A stretch of DNA of 64,000 nt from assembly GCA_009103225.1 (NCBI GenBank), contig RHPI01003491.1:414452-478451 (forward strand), given 5' to 3'. A program made the position numbers and the translations under genes. The stretch comes from Chlorokybus atmophyticus (Eukaryota; Plantae; Mesostigma and Chlorokybus algae). Of the stretch, positions 21,087 through 33,727 are shown in pieces. The notes beneath the pieces are model-generated. The model worked only from the letters and a program-made list of their open reading frames with translations, had not been told where the DNA came from and made no database searches. The stretch's first letter is position 1; the number at the start of each line of letters is the position of its first letter.

Positions 21087-24000
21087 TGTTGAGAGTATTC
21101 CTACATACGATCAGCATCGACCCTCCACACAGGAGTAGAAGGTCGTAAGGACGAGCACTAGGTCCGGACTTAGCAAGATGGCATCGTCGGACCAGACTCC
21201 GGACTCCAGACTGGAGCCTTACTAACTGCTTCGTATCTCCGCGTATACCTACTCATATTAGGCGTGTAAGAGCTTGTTGGAAAGCTCTGGTTGTAAGAAA
21301 GACAACACAGCTTAGAGCGCGTTAAAAGGCTAAGTATAGCTTACGCAGTACTTGCAAACGTAGACGTGTGTCTAACTGGCTGGTATAAGAACCAGCGGAC
21401 AACTTGTAATAGATGAATGTGATGTGACTTGTGTATGCTCTGGTGGCGGTAGCTCTGTCTCTGTGTGTCTATGCTTGCCTCAGCTACATGTGCATGCTAG
21501 TCCTTCAACAGGTTATGGGCCCACACTACGCTCGAGGAGTGTGAGACAAGCTTGTGTGCATAGTAGTTCTACACTACGGTAGCTTGTTGGTAGCAGAGCC
21601 TTGGGTGTCAACTGCAAGAAAGGCAGGCTCGACAGAAATGGAGGCGACCTACGACAAGGGGCAGATTGCAAAGCTGGACACCGACAACTACAACACATGG
21701 TGCGTGGAGATGAAGGCCTTGCTCATCCACAAGAAGGTGTGGAAGTACGTTGATCCGAAGGCACCACCACCAACACCAGGAGCGCTGTGTGGTCATAGCA
21801 TTCAGCAGAAGCACACTCTTTGCTTGTGTTGAACAGCAAACCGCATCACTTTCCCATGCTCACTGCATGTGAAGATGGTAGACAAGCTTGGGAAAAGCTA
21901 TCAGCCGTTTTCAGAGCCAAGAACAATGCCAGAAAGTTGCATCTACGCAAGCAGCTCAGCGCACTCAGGAAGGAGGCAGCAGAACCCATCACAAAGTATG
22001 TTGCGCGCGCGAGAGAGCTGTGGGCGGACCTCATCAACGTCGGCCACAACATGGGGGAGACGGAGGTAGTGCTGGCCATTGTTGCAGGGCTACCAGCAGA
22101 GTACGAGGTCGTCGCAACCCTGCTGGAGACGTCATCATCGGAGTTGACGTTGGACGATGTGCTACCGAAGCTGCTCACCGTGGAGCAGAGGGTTGTGAAG
22201 AAGGACGAGCAAGCGGATGCCGTCGCCTTCTACACCGGCAAGCACGCAAAGAAGAGCAACCATGAAGAGAAGTACAAGGGCAACAAGCCAGGCAATCCTC
22301 GTCACAAAGACCTCACATGCCACTGGTGTGGTTGGAAGGGGCACATTGTGAAGGACTGTAGGAAGAAACAACAGGGGCAACCTAGAGCAAGCACCAGCAA
22401 CAGCGGCAACGAGCACCAACACAAGGAGAAACATGTCGCCTTCACTGCATCCAGTTCGAGGGCGGGCACAGCTTTCTGGGTGGTGGACTCTGGCTGCGAT
22501 CGTCATCTCACACCAAACAAGGAGGTGATGGAGGGCTACAGGAAGCTGACGTCCACAATCAAGGTGGCGGGCTTCGGTGGCGAAGTACTGGTGGCTGAGG
22601 GAGTTGGCAACGTACGACTCCAGTGCAAGGTTGGTAACACACTACGCGAGGTGTTGTTACGCAACGTCCTGCATGTTCCTAAGGCTATTGCGAGTCTATT
22701 CTCTGTGAGGGTTGCGGAGCGCTTAGGCGCGGAGATCCTATTTCGGAAGGGTGGCTGCTCAGTCATCCTTGATGGGGTCGTGCACATGGTTGGAATCGCT
22801 GATCCGGGAGGGCTCTACCACGTGGAGCAGCCTCAAGACAGAGACATTCAAGCCATGGTGGTGAAGGACAAGGAGTCGCCAACATTGTGGCATCGAAGGT
22901 TCGGGCATCTCAGCTACGTCAACCTCACTCGCCTTGTCGCTGAGAAGATGGTCAAGGGCATCCATCTCAGCACAGAAGAACTCAAGAATGCATCAGGTGC
23001 ACTTTGTGAACCATGCCTGGTTGCAAAGCAGCATGCTATGCCATTCCCATCATCCTCTTCTAGCAGTCAGCATCCTTGCGAGCTTGTGCACATGGATGTC
23101 TGTGGCCCTATGCGCATTGTGGCGAAGGGAGGGGCCAGGTACTTTGCTACATTCCTCGACGACTACAGCAAGCTGTCCATCATCTTTCCATTGACGCTCA
23201 AGTCAGAAGTTGCTGGAGCTGTGCGCACAGTTGTGGCCTTGTTGGAGACCCAGTCTGGCAACAAGATGAAGGCAATGAGGAGTGATCGAGGAGGGGAGTA
23301 CATCAACAAGGAGTTGAAGGAGTTCTTCGCCAGCAAGGGCATACGCCACGAGACAACGGCACCCTACACCCCGCAGCAGAATGGAGCAGCTGAACGCCTC
23401 AACAGGACACTCTTGGAGCGTGTTCGAGCCATGCTCAACGACACAAAGATGGAAGACAGTTTGTGGAAGGAGGCGGTACTCACTGCCAACTACATCCGCA
23501 ACAGGTCTCCGGTGAGCTCAGAGCAGAAGACTCCGTGGGAGCACTTCTATGGAGCCACACCAGATGTGAGTGGTATGCGTGTGTTTGGATGCACGGCATA
23601 TGCACTAGTGCCTAAACAGCTCAGGCACAAGCTGGAGCCGGTCAGCAAGAAGGGCATCTTCGTTGGCTATGAACCGGGTTCCAAGGCTTACAGGATCTTG
23701 CTCGAGGACACTCAGAAGATCATCGTGAGCAGAGAGGTGGTTTTCCACGAGGGATTATCACAACCAGAAGCAGGCTTCTTTCCTGAAGATGAAGCACAGC
23801 CGGAGCATCCTGAAACAGTGGAGGCTACAGGCAAGGCCATCATCGACGATAAGGGTGAGCAGGACTCCACTGTAGCAGACAAGCAGTCGCACCTGCAGCA
23901 GGAGCACGCAGCTCGGAGATACCCAGTGAGGGAGAGAAAGGCACCTGACTTCCTACACAAGGCACACGTCGCCAGTGTGCAGAATGAGGAGCCAAGCACC

Positions 24001-25987
24001 TACGAGGAGGCATTGTTAGCACCAGATGCGGAGCAATGGCAGCGTGCTATGGACGAGGAGATTGCGTCACTCCATGCCAACAACACTTGGTCACTGGAGC
24101 AGTTACCGCAAGGAGTGAAGACCATTCCAGTGAAATGGGTCTTCAAGGTGAAGCGTGATGGTCAGGGCAACATTGAGCGCTACAAGGCAAGACTGGTGGC
24201 AAAGGGCTTCTTGCAGCAGGAAGGTGTGGACTTCAACGAAGTGTTTGCACCTGCAAGTAAGCATACCACCTTCCGTGCACTGCTAGCTATGGTTGCTGCT
24301 GAAGACCTAGAGCTGCATCACCTGGATGTGAAGACTGCCTTCCTCTACGGAGAGCTGGAGGAGGAGATCTTCATCGAGCAACCACCTGGATATGAAGAAG
24401 GGGAGAGAGGCACAGCGTGCAAGCTGATCAAGGCACTGTACGGGCTGCGACAGGCACCGCGTATGTGGCACATCAAGCTCACCAAGGAGCTGGAGGCACT
24501 TGGCTTCACCGCATCCTCTGCAGACCCTGGGCTCTTCATCCATGCAGACAACAAGGTCTGGCTGCTCGTGTATGTTGATGATATCATCATCACCGCCAGG
24601 CAGGTGCACCACCTGCAGGAGACGAAACTTGCTCTACAGCAAGCATTCTCAGTTCGTGATCTTGGAGAGGCCAAGTGGTTCCTTGGCATGGTGATTGAGC
24701 GCGACAGGGCGGCTCGCACAATCAAGATCAGTCAGGAGCAGATGGTGAGAAGACTCGTCACCAAGTTTGGGCTCACTGAAGCGAAGACCAAGACCACACC
24801 GTTGGCACTTGGCACTGCCCTCATCAAGGCAAAGGATGAGGAGGTACTCGACAAGGCTCAGTATCCATATGGTGAGCTGGTAGGCAGCATGCTCTATCTG
24901 GCAGTGTGCACACGTCCCGATGTTGCACATGCTGTGGGAGTACTTGCTCGCTACATGTCTGCACCGAGCATGGAGCACTGGAGAGCAGCAAAGGGAGTAC
25001 TACGCTATGTTGCTGGGAGCGCAACAGTTGGCATCAAGTTTGGGAGCGGGAGCACTGAGTTGGAGGGCTACTGCGACTCGGACTTTGCTGGTGACCTCAA
25101 CAGCAGGAGGTCCACTACAGGCTACGTCTTCAAGCTGAACGGAGGCGTGGTGAGCTGGAACAGCAGGCTGCAGCCAACAACAGCAGCATCTACATCAGAG
25201 GCTGAGTACATGGCAGCGGCAGCAGCAGTGAAGGAGGCACTCTGGCTTCGCAAGCTCATGGCAGACTTGGAGCACCCCATGGCGTGCATCGTCATCAACT
25301 GTGACAACCAAGGAGCCATCAAGTTGTTGAAGCACCCTATCGCCTCGGCAAGGACGAAGCACATTGATGTCATGCATCACTTTGTGCGTGACAGAGTCAC
25401 AAGAAAGGAGGTGGAGTTCCAGTACTGCAACACTGAGGGCATGCTAGCGGACTTCATGACAAAGCCATTGTCACCACTCAAGTTCAAGACTTGTTGTGCA
25501 GGACTTGGCATCTGTGTTTGACTACAGGAGCAAGCGTTGGAGGTCAAGCTGCTCGCGTGGGAGTGTTGAGAGTATTCCTACATACGATCAGCATCGACCC
25601 TCCACACAGGAGTAGAAGGTCGTAAGGACGAGCACTAGGTCCGGACTTAGCAAGATGGCATCGTCGGACCAGACTCCGGACTCCAGACTGGAGCCTTACT
25701 AACTGCTTTGTATCTCCGCGTATACTTACTCATATTAGGCGTGTAAGAGCTTGTTGGAAAGCTCTGGTTGTAAGAAAGACAACACAGCTTAGAGCGCGTT
25801 AAAAGGCTGAGTATAGCTTACGCAGTGCTTGCAAACGTAGACGTGTGTGTAACTGGCTGGTATAAGAACCAGCGGACAACTTGGAATAGATGAATGTGAT
25901 GTGACTTGTGTATGCTCTGGTGGCGGTAGCTCTGTCTCTGTGTGTCTATGCTTGCCTCAGCTACATGTGCATGCTAGTCCTTCAACA
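21087..25987 (+). mobile_element. Ty1/Copia element, copy 3 (TSD ACTAC)
   Basis: 424-bp LTRs 21087-21510 and 25564-25987 (about 6 differences seen); ACTAC at 21082-21086 and 25998-26002; PBS 21511-21524. Confidence 0.96.
21638..25521 (+). pseudogene. gag-pol: Copia Gag-Pol, copy 3, with a 4-bp deletion early in gag
   Basis: ggagcgctgtgtgg vs ggagcgaacactgtgtgg in copies 1 and 2 (near 21786) shifts the frame; the rest (21820-25521) is open. Confidence 0.9.
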
Positions 25988-25997
25988 TCCTTCAACA

Positions 25998-27175
25998 ACT
26001 ACAGGCCGTGCGGCGCTGCGGTTGGTGTCCAGCACTGCCTTCTCATACACCAAGCGCTTGTGGATGGCTTGTGCCGTCTCGAAGGCTTCTTTGAGGGTGT
26101 AGCCAAGGGGCCTGCTGTAGTTCAGAGTCAGGCGTGTCGACTCGCTCAAAGCAGCATCCAACTCATTGACGTATATCACTGCAGCAGCCTCCTCACTGAC
26201 AATCTTGTAGTCAGTGTCCTTCAGCAGACCTTCCAGTCTGGAGTACAAGCGGAGGAGATCCTCATTGGGCTTGCGTTGGAAGCGTCTCAGCTCCTCAACC
26301 TTGCTGGTGGTCTGAGGAGGGAAGGTGCGGCGCAGGGCAGCGTACAGGTCCTTGAGTGGAGAATCAGAGATAGCAGCACCTACGATGATGGCTGGTGCGC
26401 GCAGTGCTACTGACCCGAGGGTGAAACCGCTGCCTCCTGCACGAGAGCCAGGTGTTGCTAGAGTTAGAGGAGTACCCCACTCTGCGGCTGCCGCTTGCTG
26501 TGCAGCTCTTTGTTCCTCAATGATGATGGCAGAACGGTCAAGGATGCGGACTCGACGTGTGGCCTCCTTGGACTCAACTTCTGCAGGGGTCAAGTTGACA
26601 AGTACCAACTCTGGTTCCTCCTCCTCTGCCTGCTTGAGAGCTGCAGCTATGGACAAGCCTGTTACTGCAACTGAAGTGGCAGGTGGAATGACACCTGCTG
26701 GACGGTGCAGGGATGCAGATGCTATGGTGCTGGCAAGCTCGCCATAGCCGTCTACTCGATGCAGTTCAGCAACGGACTTCCAGACATCGTGTGCTTCATG
26801 ATCAAGATACTGAGCAGCAATGTGGAAAGAGATCTCATCTGACCAGTCTTTGTTCTTCAGAGCTTGCTGCCGCATCTTGGAGTGGAACTTGATGATGAAC
26901 TCATCCAGCAAGGTGGTGCCGGCACGTCCGGAGAAGCGCAGGGATGTGGTTGAGCTGGAAGACTCCATCTCATTGTCGTTGCTGTCCGATGATAGTGGAG
27001 AAGCTTGATGACGAGGAGTAGAGTGGAGCGGGGTGAAGCTGGAGATGGAGCGCGAGCCTCTGCTGCTGCGGTCGATGCTCCCGTCACTGGTCCGCTCGTA
27101 GGTGAGGTTGGTGGTTGGGCTCCAACTGCTAAGGTCACCCTCGTCTATTCGGGAGAACGGGGTGGGCCTGCTCAT
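25998..27175 (-). CDS. gag: Gypsy gag N-terminal/capsid part
   Basis: ORF from MSRPTPF with retrotransposon-gag-like segments (LDHEAHDVWK; ELRRFQRKPNEDLLRLYSRLEGL; LKEAFETA). Continues in frame at 21086 after removal of Copia copy 3. Confidence 0.75.
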
Positions 27176-27249
27176 ACAGCTGGTCTAGAGGTGAAAGGGT
27201 AGAGTGCTTGTGCTCTACCGTCTATCCTGATGCTCTTACCACCCAACAC

Positions 27250-28039
27250 ACTAGTGCTTGTGCGCACTATGTGACGACAATAATAACGAATGCCCAGCGA
27301 TGTATCCCTGGGTGCAGACTGCACTATTTGATGCAGATTGCAACACACTCACTTGTGCATAGAGGGTGACATTGTAAGTCAATAAGCCACTACGATAGGT
27401 AGTGATGTGGATACAGTTCTTTGCATGAGTGGATAGAATGATACACTGTTAAGTGAGGTGAATGAGTGTGCAACACGTGGATACAACACCCTGACTGATG
27501 AGACAACACACCACCGCTAAGCTCACAGCAATGACAGGCACAGCGCACAAGAGCATGCACTGTGTCTCATGCAGTAAGGGAATTCTTGGCAACCGGGACA
27601 GCGTGCTTCCAGTTCAAGTCGCTTTACAAGCTCTTTTGAAACATAGTCTTTACTTCTTAGTACTCCTAGTACTCACAGTACTCACTTACAGTGTCACCAG
27701 CCAGTCTGGTGACGTGACTTCCTACTTATACATGTCAAACTATGACTGTGCAGTGCCACGCGGGCACTAGGCCAACGGTCACATCGAGGCCTTATGCTAT
27801 TTCGGAAATCCCTTAAGACTCGATATAGCACATGTGTTATTAACAAACTTACAACTGATCAGCTACGCGCGGTCCCTACAGACAGGTCTATAAAGTAGCC
27901 CTAGCTACATGCTACATGAGAGGTACAGTAGCTAGCAGTAGGCTGAGGCTCGCGCGGTCTTCATGCTGGTAGCCCGGGCGTGGGGCTGGGTGTAGGCATG
28001 CTCGAGAAGGACTGGCATGCGAGGGTAGATGGCATGACA
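27250..28039 (-). repeat. Putative 5' LTR of the DNMT-Gypsy element (outer end 28039; inner boundary uncertain)
   Basis: Starts TGTCATGCC on the minus strand; the same boundary is seen in the paralogue at 1-575. A PBS-like TGGTAAGAGC occurs near 27232-27241. Confidence 0.5.
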
Positions 28040-28299
28040 ATGTTCATGCGTGGCCTCGATATGGATCTTCTGAAGTTGGTGGCCATCAATCAGTCAACAC
28101 GGGCACAGATTGGACAGCGGATGAGCTTTTCCAATTGATGATCGTGGTGACGGCTGTAGATAGCATATCGAGGGGTGCGCAAACCGCATACACCATAAAA
28201 CGTCCCGCCACTGACCCTGCCAGGCCACACTCGGACTTTAAGATTCCCAAGCGTGTACACCCTCAGGCTACTCCTGCTGGTCTCTCCAATGCGGCTTAG

Positions 28300-30013
28300 C
28301 CCAAGCTTACTTGCAAGTACTGCAAGAAGATGGGCCACGTCGAGGCCAAGTGCTATTCGAAGGAGAACGCACAAAAGGCCAAGCAGCAAAAGAACAGGAA
28401 ATAGGAATGGTCCATGGTTGGTAACATAATCGAGCAGAACGATAAAAACTCTGTACCCTTTATATAAAGTCTCCTTGCTTTGTGACGTCACACATGAACT
28501 GGTATGAGCACACTACCACTGTTAGCTAACACAGATGTTTTGTTTTTTTTGCAACGTACCATTTTTTAAGCTGATAATTGCTATCAAGCAATTATACGAG
28601 TTGCAAATACAACACGCTATCGGTGCATGTGTGTATCCCTTGATACCATTGCACGTGGTCACGATTGTAAAAAGGGGTAGAAGCTGTCATGCAACTCGCA
28701 CGCAAAGATACAAGAACTTCACCATAACAGGTGATCTTTGTCAAGCCTGCTACTAATTACGGCACTCCGACAATAGCTATAGGTAATGGTCATTTGGTAC
28801 CGCTCACATTGAGATTTAAGAGTCCACTTATGGGCATACCATGTACAGCATTCATTGATACTGGTGCGAACCATAACGTTATGTGACATGCTTGGGTGAA
28901 ATGTTATAACATACCGGTTATATCAGTCACGGCATATGCACATGCTGCTAGTTCCACTTGTAATGCAATAGAAGAGTTATATGAGTTCATGAAGCGCATG
29001 AAATGCGCGCCCGTGAACTCAAGAACTCGTTAATGAGTTATCAGACTCTTGTGCCCCAAGTGCCTTAGGCACTTGGGGGCACAAGCACTCACCAGATGTG
29101 AGTTGTGAGTCACAAGCTCCTTATCTAGTCGCTTGAAACCCTAGCGCGGCGGCGCCATCCTTGGCGAGGGTGGAGAGTGTGGTATACTTTGCAGGTGTAC
29201 ATGCTTCTCAAGCTTCAACCTCGGCATCGGCAGCAGTGGCGCCATCAACGAGTCGAGGACCGAAGCGCGCGACATTCGCACCTGACGTGAAGGAGTAGTT
29301 TTCGTAGTTGTAGCCTAGCGCCCTAGTGCAGACTTGTGTATAGCTCAGCCTACATCTGTACACTTGTACATTTGTATCGTAATGCACTTGGGTGCTGGGC
29401 ATAGCCACCGTGCTATCGACCCATGGCGACCCCCCAGCATAAGCTGTGTGTCGCATATAACTCGTGTGTGAGTTAAAAGGGCGTTTTGTTTATAACGGCC
29501 ATAAAACCCGACCAACCTTCATGGTATTAAATAGTGGTATTCGCGGGGTGGGTGTTGTTTACAAGAACAATGGCACACTTAAGCAGGTTTGCAATTGGAC
29601 TCTCGTGCCAATACATGCACCTTTCGTAAGGGTAAATGGAAGATGACTTTGACTGACTTTTCAGTTGAACATGTTGTTCGCAATAATGTTTTTTCCGCTC
29701 CTCTTTGCTAGGCACCTAAAATGTTGCATGCGCAAACGTGAAGAGGTGTATTTATTGCACTTACGACAGGTGGAAACACCTGCTGAACACGTTGTGAATG
29801 ACCTTATAGTGCAATCACTTACGGAACAATATGCGGATATATTTCAGAATGAACTCGGACTTGCTACCTAATAGAAACATACACTATACCATTTATGAGA
29901 GGAAGGGTCAAAGTCACCGGCCTATATAGAGGCTAAGTCCATCTATTTGGACACGCGGAAATAGGAATACAGCTCAAAAGTTGTTGAGTAAAGGTCTAAT
30001 AACAAAGAGCATA
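28300..30013 (+). pseudogene. gag-pol: Degenerate family H Gypsy gag end / protease / start of RT
   Basis: CKYCKKMGHVEAKC knuckle; FIDTGANHN protease; colinear with 51780-52993. Interrupted by the solo unit at 28980-29475 and ended by the Copia LTR at 30014. Confidence 0.8.
28980..29475 (+). mobile_element. Solo A-C-B terminal unit of the tyrosine-recombinase retrotransposon
   Basis: Matches repeat A (31484-31677, 41715-41918), the unique C segment (46908-47139) and repeat B (47140-47201), with no coding interior. Host Gypsy sequence resumes on both sides. Confidence 0.85.
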
Positions 30014-31700
30014 TGTTAAAGGTACTTTGCTAGGCGCCTTAGCTAAACTTCTACAATCATCTTCGCCTTGACAGACTTATGATCGACTGTCTTTATGGCA
30101 GGTTCAGTCCACTATGATCAACATTGACTTTGATCTTTAAGTTTAACTAGTGTGGACTTTTACCAGGGTTGACTAGTGTTAATTAGCATTCACTGGTGTA
30201 CTATATCAGACACTGTATGTTGTGCAACGCAATAAGATCCACTCTGCTCTACTTGTCAATGGCACACTGGTGCGTGTGCATCGTTGCTACTGTGCAATCT
30301 CAACAGGTTATGGGTCACACTAGCGCCAGCATAGCACACACGAATTTGTGTAGCTTTGGGAAGCGCCGTCTTCATTGCGGACTTGTAAGGGAAGCATGGC
30401 GACCAGCTATGACAAGGTCAACATGGAGCCACTGGACCTCGACAACCATGGGATATGAAGCATCCGGATGCAGATGCTAGTCATGCATCAAGACCTATAA
30501 TCGGTGGTGGATCTCAAAGAGAGCGCTCCCGACATGGCGGACGCAGACCTCAAGAAGAAATCAAACCAGGCACTTGCTTTGTTAGGATTGAATGTTGTAC
30601 ATCATCACTTCGCGCTTGTTGCACATTGCAAGACTGCTAGAGAGTTGTGGCAAGAGTTTGCAGATGTATAAGGCTTAGAACAATGTTAAGAAGTTGCACT
30701 TAAAGAAATAGTTGAATGCGTTAAGAAAGATGTTGCTGAGCCTGTCCACAAGTTCATCTCGCGAGCTATGCAGCTGTGGGCTGACCTCCTCGCCATTGGC
30801 CATAAAGTGAAGGAGGTGGAGGTTGTTTGCGCTATTCTCGCCGGCCTAGCCAAGAAGTTCGAGATAACTGTCACCATTATGGAGTCATCATGTGAGGAGC
30901 TCACCCTTGAAGCTGTTACCCAACGCCTATTGCAAGTCGAGCAACGGGCATTCACTTCACGCCATGCTGTAGCCGAAGCTATGGCATTCGTTACACACTC
31001 CAACCCACGAGGCAACTACAACAATGGTGGAGGAGCAGCAGACAGAAACGCGCACTTGCCACTAGTATAACACGAAAAGGCATCTAAAGATGGACTGCAA
31101 ACAGTTGAAGCGCGATTAGCAACAATGATAAAGTTTTGATAGGCAGGCTATAGCACTTGTTGCAAGCAGCACTGCCATCGAGAGCGCTTGGTTGTTCAAT
31201 TCTGCGTGCACACAACATATGACCCCACACAGACATGAGTTCCGGAATTATCATGCTCCAAGCAATGCTGCTGGTGTGAATGTGAGCTTTGGCAACAAGC
31301 TACACTCGAGAGCTGTGGGAGTAGGCACCGTCATCCTACTCATTGTGGTGGCGGGTACTACACATGAATTGGCCCTGAAGGAGGTAATCCATGTGCCGGG
31401 AGTAGCCTCCATCCTGTTCTCTGTTTGAAGAGCTACAAGTGCAGGCGCCGAGGTTGACTTCACTGCCAAGGGGGGTCGAGTCATATGAGTTCATGAAGCG
31501 CATGAAATGCGCGCCCATGAACTCAAGAACTCATTAATGAGTTATGAGACTCTTGTGCCTCGGGCACTAGGGGGCACAAGCACTCACTAGGCGTGAGTGT
31601 GAGCCACAAGCTCCTTATCTAGTCGCTTGAAACCCTAGCACGGCGGCGCCATCCTTGGCGAGGGTGGCGAGTGTGGTGAGGGGGAAGGGGGACCTTCACC

Positions 31701-33221
31701 ATGGACAAGAGGTTGACGCGGGCGCAAGCAAGCGCCCAAGGGCAAGGCGAGGACGTGGGCAAGCCTCGGCGGCGGCGGCTCTCATGGCCTCCAACCGCTT
31801 GGCAAAGGCGAGAAGTCCGCGTCGCCAGACCTTGAGTGAGGAGGAGGAGAGGCGAGCGGAGAGTGAGGAGAAAAGAAAGCACCCCCCCGTGGTGGATGGG
31901 AAGGAGGTGAACAAGGATGGTGATGGTGATGGTGATGGTGATGGTCATGGCGATGGTGATGATGAGGATGATCATGACGACGACGACCCGCCCGCGGTCA
32001 CTTACAAGCGTAGAAAGAGGGCGGCAAGCCCGGTTTCCAATGCCTCTACCACACCCACGGAGGCCATGGCGAGGAGGTTGGAGGAGTTGGAAGCGGAAAA
32101 CATCCGCCTCAAGCGTGGAAAAGCGCCCGCCATCCCTCTTGATGAGCCCATGGACGAGCCCAACCATCCACTACTTGTGAGCATCCTTCGCCGCGAGAGC
32201 GACTCCAACACTCCTAATGCTCGGGTGGCGGCGATGTGCAACCGCTACACCGAGCCCGCGACCCCTTGGAAGGAGAACTTGAAGAAGCGGGCTCGGCAAC
32301 ATGTGGATGTGGCGGCTCACATCGGCGCGGCGGCGAGCTCCTTCGACCGTGTGCCCGCTCACTTTCTCAACAATCTTCACTTCGCTCATGGTCGCCGGGA
32401 GAACATGAAAGGTGGGCTCATTCTTTGCAGCGTCATGTGCACGAGCGTCCATACAAACATCATCATGTGGGTGCGGACTTGGTCCAGGCCCACTTGCACA
32501 TGCGTGCGCTATGGGCCTTAAAGGCGCTTCCCCTGGTCAACATAGATGCACGAGATGCATTTGTTCCGCATTTCTTCTCCCCCCATGTCCGGCGGGGGGG
32601 GAGGGCCCGCACTTAACACCTTTGCATGCTCACCCCTGTATTCACATTATGACTACCTCACAGCAAGGTAACAAGCACAACAGGGCACATCATATGCATC
32701 CGCATCCGCAGGGCATGTGGTAGGTACAGTTGAGGGTGGGATGTGGGTGCGCTTGGCGCTGGACCTTATGGCTTTGAGCCAGTGTGCTGATGCAACTCGT
32801 GTTGCTTACATGTGCTTTGTGCGCAGCGTTTGAGGAGGTATTCAAACAGTTTCACTACTTAGAAGTAGCCAACAAACACAACTGGAAAGTGGTGGAGGAG
32901 CTCGAGGGACATCCTCTGGCCGCGGATGACGCCGAGGCGAAGCGCCTTAAGAAGGCAATCAAGGAGGCGGCTGCGGCGCAGCCCAAGCCCAAGGCAAAGC
33001 CTGCCTACACTCCTAACAAGGGGCGGGGCCAGTACCCCCCTCGCTACTCTGGGTCCTACGCATCTGGTGCGGGGAACACCAGCTACAGGACCGCTCCCAT
33101 GCAATCTCAGGCCGCTTCTACAGGGGGCCAGCGTGACACCCGCACCTGTTACAACTGTGGGGAGCCTGGGCACCTGCGTGCCTATTGCCGTAAGGCCTCC
33201 ACTGACCGTGGGGGCCGGTAG
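31701..33221 (+). CDS. gag: YR-element gag, two exons (predicted intron 32412-32826; frameshift near 31758)
   Basis: Exon 2 has KHNWKVVEELEGHPLAADDAEAKRLKKA (DIRS gag-like) and the CYNCGEPGHLRAYC knuckle. The phase-1 GT..AG join is in frame and conserved in copy 2. Confidence 0.65.
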
Positions 33222-33727
33222 AACAGCTTTGTAGCTGATGTGACAGCCCCGTAGCTGTACACTTGCACTCGTTGATGCTGTAGCCCGGTGGGGCATCTTT
33301 TTGTGTTCGCGATTGCTATATTAGTGAATGAAACTGCGAGCGTGGTGAATGAAAGTGGAAGTTTGGTGGTTTAAACTTGGCGAAATCACCATTTTGCTTG
33401 TAACTTTGTTTTGTGGTCTCAGAACACCCCTAACTGGGAGACACTCTGGGATCATTACAATGAGGCGGAGAGGCTTAGATCAATCAAATCAGAATCGGTT
33501 TCTGACACTGTTTGCGCCTGTTATGGCTAATTGGTGATGCTAAGGGCTTTGGGCCCTTGAACGCCATTGAACATCAATGCTACTCGGTGGTTGCCTTTAT
33601 GAGCACTAGAGCTTTGCAATGAGCCCGTCCTCATGGCATTTGGACAGTATATGCAATAGTTGTGGCGGTTTAGGTGTTGCAATGTGCACACGCAGGTATG
33701 CTAGGAGTGCATCCATAGTAACACCAG

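Larger units (their letters stand above)
3428..28039 (-). mobile_element. Ty3/Gypsy LTR retrotransposon carrying a C5 DNA methyltransferase and a C-terminal PHD finger (disrupted; possibly two paralogous halves joined at the 17087 gap; 3' LTR not found)
   Basis: All domains are minus-strand in Gypsy order: gag with two CCHC knuckles, protease LDTGA, DNMT motifs I-X, RT YIDD, RNase H, integrase HHCC/DDE, PHD. Removing the Copia insertions at their TSDs restores the reading frame across those sites. Confidence 0.9.

Noticed and set aside
5637-25380. Many 60-126 aa antisense or alternate-frame ORFs that recur three times
   Set aside because: They recur only because the Copia is present three times; they are shadows of gag-pol with no motifs.
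29184-29298. tttgcag acceptor and short open frame in segment C as a terminal YR exon
   Set aside because: No matching donor could be assigned with confidence; RNA data would be needed.
29208-29456. Conserved 82-aa minus-strand ORF (also within 46932-47246) as a small protein
   Set aside because: Explained by nucleotide similarity of the C-B segment; no motif, and it is disrupted in the 38055-38496 copy.
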